The notes under the pieces: model-generated | Databases searched by the model: none | The model's input: the letters and a program-made list of their open reading frames with translations, nothing else | What the model was told of the DNA's origin: nothing | Shown: positions 54,218 to 64,000 of the stretch, piece after piece | Numbering within the stretch: the stretch's first letter is position 1 | How the letters are laid out: every line of letters begins with the position of its first letter | Translations under genes and position numbers: made by a program | Source of the DNA: Eledone cirrhosa | Taxonomy: Eukaryota | Assembly (NCBI GenBank): GCA_964016885.1 | Contig: OZ024742.1 | Location: 111,228,001-111,292,000 of the forward strand | Reading direction: 5' to 3' | Length of the DNA stretch: 64,000 bases

Positions 54218-54516
54218 TCCCTGAAACATTGTTGAATATGAAACAAATTAAAATAATTCTAAAAATCAATACAATGCACTAGAAAATTACCAAGATAACA
54301 ATAAAATCTTACCTTAGCAAATTTAATAATCCCAAATATAAAGGTTTAAAAACCAATTATTTAAACCCGAAAATATTTGGGATTATTAAATTTGCTAAGC
54401 TTAGATTCTATTGTTATCTTGACAATTTTTATTTTCTCGTACATTGTATGGTTTTCAGAATTACTTATATTTGTGTTTCATACACACACACGCCCTCGCG
54501 CGTGTGCACGCTCAAG

Positions 54517-54559
<43 letters not shown>

Positions 54560-55875
54560 CGAAGGAAATGTGGTAAGGAACCAGGTGGACCATAACGCAC
54601 AAAAGTACTCAATACTTGAGGTAGTAGAGTGGGTAATAGGAACCAGTAAGACCCCGACAGCTGAGCTCAAGCCGTTTCGACGGCTAATTCTGGACTAAAT
54701 GAAAATTTATCCTGGTATTTAAATAGCCGATCTTCTCAAGGGGTAATTCCATATATGGTCAAAGTGATTGTCAAAAATCAGTAGTAATTCTGTGGTTGCA
54801 AATTAGTAGGGGAGATGGTGGCTAAACCTGCCAGTAGGAGAAAGAGGGGAGGGGGTGGAGTAAGCCCCAATCAAGCGTTTGTAGTGCCAGCTACAGCTGG
54901 GCATGAGGTCAAAGAAAATACAGGGGGGGGGGGGGGAGGGGGAGGAAGTCGGAACGGTAGGTAGAACAATGGGGGGTAGAAAAATATAGGAAAGAAAAAA
55001 TTCTGAGAGTGAAGAAAAGCAAATAAGTGTAAAGAAAAACAAATGAGTGTAAAGAAAAAAGTAAAGTAAATTAAATTCTACGACCTAAGTCTCTAGCTAT
55101 TGTTAGTCTAGAATAAATAAATAAATAAAGAAAGAACGAAGTAAAGAAAGAAATAAAGAAATAACGAAATACGTAAAAGAACTAGGTGGGACGGATTAGG
55201 CGAGGATCCTTTTAAGAGGTATAAGTACGTAAATGATACGGTGACGGGTCAACAAAAGGGGCCAAAATACTAAAGAGACTACCACGAAATAAACAATAAA
55301 GGTTTCCATCCCGGGCACAATTCCAGCAACCACCCAGTGCAGCAAAGTGAACTAATACGAGATAATAATTCTGAGTCCCGAGAAAAATATATACTAATGC
55401 TAACTCTAAAAGATCTAAAACAAGCTACATGAAAGTTCGTACGAAGTAAAGGTAGAATACGGAAGAATAAATTCAGAATCCACCCCGCCCAAAAGAAAAG
55501 CGTAGAAAGAAATACTGAAACGAAAAAATAAGGCATAAGTGCCACTAAGAAATATAGAGGGCACAGAGAATAGTGGGAGCGGTCGGAAAAAGGGGACAAG
55601 TATCCGGGGTCTAAACCAACTGCTATAAAGGGCGGAGTCCGCCAAATCTATCCTAGACTAGGGGAGGGGGTGGGGGTACTAAGGCTACAAGGGGCCAAAG
55701 GGCAGCCTCGGGTGGGCGAGAAAAGACGCCGACAAAGGAGAAGAGCTGGGGTAGAAGGACTAAGGAGAGAGGGGGGAAGGAAGGAAATAAAGGAAGCGAT
55801 AAAAGAATACAAAGAAGATCATACGTCTCCCTTGGCAAGCAGGGGTTACCCATTGCAAAATCGGCAAGTGTGGTG

Positions 55876-56850
55876 TTATAGCCCTAGTCTACCCCCCCCC
55901 GGGTCATTATGGGGTTTGAGGGCGAAGTAAGTCCTACGCAATCTATGTTTACATGCAGTAACCAGTTCATCTTTCTTGTTTAGGAGTTGGTCCGTCGAAA
56001 ACAGCATTTGTAAAGTTTCCTCCGAGCATAAATTGCACGGACGGCGTCCTCCCGTGTAAGAATTGGCTCTGGACAGTAATCTCCAAGTGAGATCATAGGT
56101 GATGTTGTTGTCCTTGAGGTCCCATATGTGGCCCGAAAGTGTAGTGGCGTGACGCCAGGCCGGGTTTCGGAAGGTATGTCTATGTTGGTATAGCCGGGTC
56201 TTGAAGTCACATGCGGTAAGTCCTATATAGGCTTTGTTGGAGGTATCCGTCCTCACGTTGCACTGGTAGATCACATTACGGTCTCTGCATCTATTGTCGA
56301 GTGGGCAAATAGATCTATCCGGGCAGTTACACCTCCTGGTCGGTTCTCCACTGCTATTTAGGTTATTTCTGCCATCGGGGTTGAGTTTTTTGTTGTTAGA
56401 GGAGACGATGTTTTGTGCGAAGTTTGGTGTAGTGCTGTAAGAGAATTTGATGGTATTTTTGTTAATTATGTTGTGGTAGCGGTGTTGTAATGGGAAGTGT
56501 TTTTCAATGAGCCTAAAGAATAGTTTCCCGATGGGAGTTGTCACCTCTGCGTTGTGGGGAGGATTGAACCATGTTACATTGCGTGAGCGGCGGTGTCTCC
56601 TGCTGGTTCCGCTAATGGGAGCTGGACAGTAGGATATTTCCTCCCAGAAACCACTCCGCTTGAGGGCCTGGTTGTAATAAGGCGCATGTTCATCGAATAT
56701 CCGCTCATTAGCTGACAAACGGGATATGCGGAGGGAGATGTTTTTGACCAGGTTGTTTGTGATGTTCCTAGGATGGTTTGATCGGCGGTGGATGTAGTGC
56801 AAGTTGTCATTAGGTTTCCTGTATGGGTAGTACAGGTCGTTTTCGAGGTC
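55876..56850 (-). pseudogene. PLE thumb plus GIY-YIG endonuclease (open frame, RT truncated)
   Basis: YIHRRSNHP..RISRLS, VTWFNPP, CNCPDRSICPLDNRC..VIYQC..AYIGLT..FKTR..QH, CNLCSEE and LLNKKDELVTACKH. Confidence 0.93.
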
Positions 56851-58051
56851 GTTTTCCAGGACTTACCTCGCCCTCAAACCCCATAATGACCCGGGGGGGG
56901 GGGGGGGGGTAGACTAGGGCTATAACACCCCACTTGCCGATTTTGCAATGGGTAACCCCTGCTTGCCAAGGGAGACGTAAGATCTTCTTTGTATTCTTTT
57001 ATCGCTTCCTTTATTTCCTTCCTTCCCCCCTCTCTCCTTAGTCCTTCTACCCCAGCTCTTCTCCTTTGTCGGCGTCTTTTCTCGCCCACCCGAGGCTGCC
57101 CTTTGGCCCCTTGTAGCCTTAGTACCCCCACCCCCTCCCCTAGTCTAGGATAGATTTGGCGGACTCCGCCCTTTATAGCAGTTGGTTTAGACCCCGGATA
57201 CTTGTCCCCTTTTTCTGACCGCTCCCACTATTCTCTGTGCCCTCTATATTTCTTAGTGGCACTTATGCCTTATTTTTTCGTTTCAGTATTTCTTTCTTCG
57301 CTTTTCTTTTGGGCGGGTGGATTCTGAATTTATTCTTCCGTATTCTACCTTTACTTCGTACGAACTTTCATGTAGCTTGTTTTAGATCTATTAGAGTTAG
57401 CATTAGTATATATTTTTCTCGGGACTCAGAATTATTATCTCGTATTAGTTCACTTTGCTGCACTGGGTGGTTGCTGGAATTGTGCCCGGGATGGAAACCT
57501 TTATTGTTTATTTCGTGGTAGTCTCTTTAGTATTTTGGCCCCTTTTGTTGACCCGTCACCGTATCATTTACGTACTTATACCTGTTAAAAGGGTCCTCGC
57601 CTATTTCGTCCCACCTAGTTCTTTTACTTATTTCGTTATTTCTTTATTTCTTTCTTTACTTCTTTCTTTCTTTCTTTATTTATTTATTCTAGACTAACAA
57701 TAGCTAGAGACCTAGGTCGTAGAATTTAATTTACTTTACTTTTTTCTTTACACTCATTTGTTTTTCTTTACACTTATTTGCTTTTCTTCAATCTCAGTAT
57801 TTTTTCTTTCCTATATTTTTCTACCCCCCATTGTTCTACCTACCGTTCCGACTACCTCCCCCTCCCCCTCCCCTGTATTTTCTTTGACCTCATGCCCAGC
57901 TGTAGCTGGCACTACAAACGCTTGATTGGGGCTTACTCCACCTCCTCCCCTCTTTCTCCTACTGGCAGGTTTAGCCACCATCTCCCCTACTAATTTGCAA
58001 CCACAGAATTACTACTGATTTTTGACAATCACTTTGACCATATATGGAATT

Positions 58052-58145
58052 ACCCCTTGAGAAGATCGGCTATTTAAATACCAGGATAAATTTTCATTTA
58101 GTCCAGAATTAGCCGTCGAAACGGCTTGAGCTCAGCTGTCGGGGT
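58052..58145 (+). ncRNA. U3:A8-variant type I hammerhead (mirror copy 54651-54744 on -)
   Basis: acccc-TTGAGAA-ga(t)cggcta...tagccgtc-GAAA-cggct(tgagctc)agctg-TC-ggggt: all three stems pair, GUC triplet. Confidence 0.8.
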
Positions 58146-58155
58146 CTTACTGGTT

Positions 58156-58266
<111 letters not shown>

Positions 58267-58780
58267 GTGTGTGTAACCACAGTTGTTTTGCTATAGATAA
58301 TAGTTTAGAAAATCGGGTAAAATAACCATATGAACAGAAAATGTGGCCAGCCACCGCTACACAATATTACATTCTGTATCTCTGAAAATACGGCTCTAGC
58401 ATTAAGCTAAACAACTTCAAGGAAGAGGCATTAATTATATTATTTTATATAATCTCTCCTAAACTTGATTTTGAATCATTTGTTAGGATTTACGAAGCTC
58501 TTATATAAATAACAATAATGGATACAAAAACATTTATTATTTCCAGTATGCGAGTTGCATTGTATCATATCTCAGGTACAATATTTTTCAAAACAGCTTA
58601 GATATATATCGATATTATTATATTTTCCAATATGATTTTACTCCTTTTCGGTTCAGATTTTGTATATTCGCTCTTGAATATGGAGAAACTGTCAAAGATA
58701 TACATACACACTGACGCACACGCCCCCCCCCACATACACACACACACAGACACACATACACACACACACACATACGCACG

Positions 58781-58819
<39 letters not shown>

Positions 58820-59029
58820 CCCCCACATATATATATATATATAAATATTAATTTAACACAAAATATATACACATATCTATCCCCGTGACCGAAAGATAGA
58901 TCACTTTGAAAGTGTTTCCTGCAATATACAGTGGTGGCCATAACTGGACCCAGAAACCAGTGGTCGCATATAAATATCCAGTGTATGTAACTTTGTTTAT
59001 ACCATCTCTCTCTCTCCCTCTCTCACTCT

Positions 59030-59113
<84 letters not shown>

Positions 59114-59320
59114 AGTAACGTTAAAATAGATGTTACATAACAGCATCAATTGTATAATACGTATTTCAGTGATACCAGTGTGCAGCCGTTGTGCAATAAT
59201 TATAACAGCAGCCGGCACCACTGAGACGCCATCAGATATAAACATAATTATGTGAAGGAATTTATTTTTCGCAGGCAAACGCCTCCCTCTTTTCTAAAGT
59301 GCCTTGTGCATATGACTTAC

Positions 59321-59513
59321 CAATTGTTTTCTCTTCCTTTAGATTTCTTAAGGTTCGAATCTTGGATAGGGTGGTGCGTCTTTTCTTTCTTGAGCAAATA
59401 CTTATTCCAGCATGTTTGACAATATATTGCCGACCCTTGGTAAAAGGGAGATACCGTCCAGGAGGTTTAACCCATTTGGATGGGAGATGGAACCAAGTGA
59501 AAGCAAAAACGAA
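59321..59513 (-). other. Possible coding exon of an unidentified host gene
   Basis: Higher-GC island with ttacag| acceptor, 64 open codons and a |GTAAGT donor. No recognisable domain, and the plus strand is also open. Confidence 0.2.
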
Positions 59514-59637
59514 CTGTAATCCACATGATTTTGCTTGTACACTATGGCTTGCTTATTCACCTAACTGTATACAATTTTTAAAGTAAAATGAATCTAAATT
59601 TGGTAAACAAACACGGGCACAAAAACATTGCAGATAT

Positions 59638-59695
<58 letters not shown>

Positions 59696-62600
59696 ACACA
59701 CACACACACACACGCACACACACACACACACACACACATCATATACATAACAATTTCCCAAGCGAATTCGAATATTAAATTCTTGAGTTGTCTGATTTTA
59801 AATTTCTAATTTATAAAATTATATGGCGCTATCCATATATTGTAATTAGCGTCACCAATTATTGGACCTTGCGATCGGATATTTGAACTAGAATTCGCTA
59901 TATACATCATATGCACTCATTTACATTCTTTGTAATGTATTTCTTATTTAATATTCCGGTTCCGGTTGTAGAACGTTATAGAACAACAACATTTTGAATA
60001 TAAATTTTCAAGCTTCCTTCATTATTATCATCATTATCATTTGCTGCAAAGAGAACCTCACCAACAACACTAACTCTTACATCAACAACAAATTAAAAAA
60101 CAAAACAAAACATTTCTTTGTAGATTATTATTACTAGGATATTATAATAATGACTTTTCCGATAATTCTATGTAACCTTTGGTTTGGAATTGGAGCTCTG
60201 TTAAATGCATATGTATAATGATGACATTGCATATTTTATGTAGTTTGTTATTTATGTTTCAATAGAAGTTATTACATTATAATTTTCTCTTTAATACTTA
60301 CGTAGAAATTTCATTTCTTGATGGATTTCCGGCAGTAGAAGAAGTAATCAAATATTTAAAATGTTTCCATTACATTTAATGGCTACACCGAAGACGCAGG
60401 TTGTGTTGGTAGATATGAATAAAAATGATGCGTTGATATTAATGATTTTCCTATACATCTCAAGTGTTTCATACCTTGTTCTGTTTGAAAATAGCAATTA
60501 AGTTGTCGAGCTTCAAAGCTATATGTTGAGTAAATATTATTTTAAGTATGAAATATTTTCAAAGCTGATAGCTAGAATCTAAGGAATAACAAAGTTTCAA
60601 ACAAAACTAGATAGAGTATTGCTCATAGTCCACAAATAATTTTCTGTTTACTATTTCTATTCATTGTCACGTGATTGAAGATACTGGCAAACACATCAAA
60701 TAAAGAGATGTGGAAAAATAATGACAACTGTCATTTCTAAAGACTTCTATATTGATGCGACGAAATACGCTAAAGAACAAAATGTTTCTACAAGAAACAT
60801 CTAACCATTTTCTTTCATCTTTCATTGAAAATGGGCATTTAGAAATATTCATTCTGATTCAATATATTCTGATTATTTCAAAACAACTCTGTAGTTTAAC
60901 GGAAATAATACTTCGTGGTATTTATTCTAAACTCTAATCAGTGTTGTATTGTCTATTACTGACGGAGAAGATACAATTGTAGAACATTGAAAACAATATG
61001 AAAATTACTGGTATTGGATTCACATCCTTATATTTTATGTTGCGTCATAATAGTAGACGTAGCAATAATTTTCTTCGTGTATGTGTATAACAGCAGTGAG
61101 CCTTTTCCATGTTGCAAACTACGAAACTAATTATATAATTATTATCATATATTGTTTTACTCTTGACCTGTTCACTGAAGTATTAGTGAAGGTATTTAAC
61201 AGCGCCATATAGGTAATTCCATTTCAAGCCGAAAAAGTAGGAAAATCAAAGAGGGTTGACTAAATATCAAGTGTTGATTGATAAATTATTCATTGACTAA
61301 GAAGACATGGTAGACACATTTTCATTTCGTATTCTAGTGTTGAGTTTAAACGTACAGACATCATCCGACACACACACACACACATACACACATACACACA
61401 CACATACACACATACACACACACATACACACACACACATACGCACACACGCACACACACACGTGTGTGTGTGTGTGTGTGTGAGTGTGTGTGTGTGTGTT
61501 TGTGTGTTTGTGTGATGATAAGCTAAATGGAAATCCGAATGAAAAGATACAAACAGCAGTATTCAGTCTTAAGAGATTTGTTCTGTACGAAGACATGCAA
61601 GCAATGTCTCAGTGTTCGATATATAATATCAATTCACTTTATGAAATGGTTCCTGTCCAATGATCGTATCCACGCTTAGAAAATGCCTAATGTGTATTTA
61701 GACGGTTAAACTATTTAGATAGTACAACAAAGAGCATAGTGCTGGCCAGCTATAGTCACTATCAGATTTACAACATCTATCTCATACCAGCCCTGGAAAT
61801 GTTTGGTGTTCATGTTACACAGAAAATATTGCAATAACATATTTCAGGACACTTGTTTAAATATTTGGCAACGAGCATACTAATCTTTGTATAAAAAAGC
61901 AAAACATTTAACACATATAAATAAATAATAATTATATTAAAGGAAATTAATTTTCAGTGTCTATCAGGGTTTTAAAATCACTTGTTTTCAAAGGTATGGG
62001 ATAGTTTAATTCTCTTTTGTTGTTTTATTTAGCAGAAAATAGCTAAACTATGAAGAATAATTACACCTCTGCACGTCCAGGTTTTAAAGTGGAGTAGAGG
62101 TATCCTGACTGGCATAACGTGTCTTTTTAATGATGACAGATTGTAAGGTGAGGGAGAATTTGTTACTATTTCTATCAGGTTGAATGACGATAAATAACCT
62201 TCTCGTTGGCTTATCCGATAGATCAGTAAGAAAAAGCAACATGTTGCTATATAAAAAAAATCAGGAAAATGTAGTCATAAATATTACATCTCGTAAATAT
62301 TTAAATATTTATTTATGTATGGTATATATAAGCATGCCAGCACATTAATTGACATCATGTGCAATAAATCTGTCGGTTTAAATGATTACATAAATGATAA
62401 TCTAGGAAAAGAACATGATAAATATTTATAACACGTCTCCTGACTGATAATTAAAAGTTCGGTCTGTATTTCATTACAACTACATTTAATTCATTAGATA
62501 CGAATCCCAATAATTAAGTAAAATTATTATCATGATATGTGCTTATCATAGAGGATATATTAATCAATTTTAGTTATATATAAATATATATATATATATA

Positions 62601-62949
62601 CATTTCTTAATAGTTCAGTTAATATATTACAGTTGTAATGTTTGAAAGTGGAAGAATGGTTTAGCAGTATTTTGTTCACGTGTTTGTCAATAAAGTCGGC
62701 AAGCATCCATTGAAATACCAATTACTAAACAGGAAAATCATAGCTATCAATCTTTAAAGATACATTCAGTTGCCTGGACTTCATTAAATTTTAAAATCAA
62801 CAAAGGCAGTAAATGAAATATTTATAGAAACGTTGCCGTTCGTATAATTATTACATACATTTCACATACCAATATTAACAAAGTAACCATATTTGATAGA
62901 AATTAATCAGAAAGGTTTCATATAGTATTGTTTGCCTTTCGTGTATTGG

Positions 62950-63100
62950 TTAGCGGTGTATTGGCAAAGTCGTCAGAACGTAAAACATAATGATTTGTGC
63001 TATTTGTTTCGGTTCTCGGCGCTCTAAGTTCAAATCCCACCGAGGTCAACTTTCTCTTTCAACAATTTGAGGTCGACAAAAATGTACCTGTCTCGTACTA
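62950..63100 (+). mobile_element. Old diverged SINE family A copy (further traces at ~9170-9260 and ~52860-52935)
   Basis: AGTTCAAATCCCACCGAGGTCAACTTT...GGTCGACAAAAATGTACC. Confidence 0.7.
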
Positions 63101-63450
63101 GGGTAGATTCTTTTTCTCTATATCTTTCTCGCTTTCATTCTCTTAATCTCTATCTTTCTATGTTAGACTGCAGTCATCTTGGAAACGCTGAAAAGACAAT
63201 GATATCGAGCAAAGAACTTATTGTGTCAAGTTGGGTACATATATATCATCAGTGTTTTTCCCCCCACCGATCTTCAGAAGATCCCGTTAAGGATGAAAGC
63301 AGTGATTCTTTGCTTAAACTTTAATCTGTTATTTTAATAAAGATTTGCTCTACGGTTCTTATATATATGATATATATTTATCCTTATCGAGCCCTCTTTG
63401 GATTTTAGTCTTCAAATTTATTATTATTACGATATATATATATATATATA

Positions 63451-63849
63451 GTTATATTTTAGGAGGGTCATGTTGCCAATATAGGAAACACACACACCAG
63501 TTGTGTCACTGCAATTTATTATAAATTAAATTATAAATTTAAAAATTTATAAATTTCCGGTTGGTTGGTCGGTTGGTTCCACAACTGGACGTTTGTTCAT
63601 ATATTGAAGAGGTCACAGCATGTGTGACGAAATAACTTTGACAATATATGAACAACCGTCCGGTTGTGGAACCAACCAGCCAACCGGAATTTTATAAACT
63701 TTTAAATTCATAATTTAATTCATAATAAATTGGAGTGAAAGCAACTGGTGCGTGTGTTTCTTATTGGCAACATGACCCTCCTAAAGTATAACAATATCGG
63801 TGTCAAAACACGTTTTCAGATAAAGAATCTTGCTAAACAAATTCAGAAA

Positions 63850-63851
<2 letters not shown>
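63451..63851 (+). mobile_element. Foldback terminal fragment of the 19476-22242 PLE family
   Basis: Arms ~63451-63603 and ~63644-63792 are inverted around a 5'-clipped hammerhead (TGAAGAggtcac..gtgacGAAA). Confidence 0.85.
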
Positions 63852-63892
<41 letters not shown>

Positions 63893-63894
63893 AA

Positions 63895-64000
63895 AAGTGT
63901 TTCCGCAGTTTCCATCGACCAAATGTTACGATAAAGTCAACCCTAGACTATAGTGAAGATTACTTGACCAAGCTACTATGCAGTGGAAATCAGACCAAAA
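63895..64000 (-). mobile_element. Degenerate SINE running off the window edge
   Basis: CTATAGTGAAGATTACTTGACCAAG resembles a SINE core in reverse orientation. Confidence 0.4.

Noticed and set aside
60302-60450. Minus-strand exon candidate with a GTAAGT donor
   Set aside because: All three frames from the nearest plausible acceptor contain stops.
61367-61513. Large hairpin from (CA)n followed by (TG)n
   Set aside because: Adjacent opposite-orientation microsatellites, expected in this repeat-dense context.

Overview
This is AT-rich, microsatellite-saturated animal genomic DNA with no recognisable intact host gene. The SINE families and (TA)n/(CA)n density suggest a cephalopod (octopus-like) intron or intergenic region; this taxon assignment is inference. 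The window is mostly decayed transposons: four coding Penelope-like retroelements (PLEs; one Neptune-like, two Naiad-like, one unassigned), a frameshifted Helitron RepHel plus short non-autonomous Helitrons, RTE and Tx1/L1 LINE remnants, and many tRNA-derived SINEs. Almost all insertions sit in (TA)n tracts, or in (ATGT)n for the RTE group. The most interesting layer is RNA structure: more than a dozen type I hammerhead ribozyme (HHR) motifs, including U3:A8 core variants, in PLE termini and in short ORF-less elements. An unexplained 11-nt motif (GYATYGAGTRC) sits about 40-50 nt from the 3' end of several unrelated PLE-type families, and there is a candidate HDV-like ribozyme at the 5' end of RTE-derived elements. 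All folds and alignments were done by eye, and boundaries of decayed elements are approximate.
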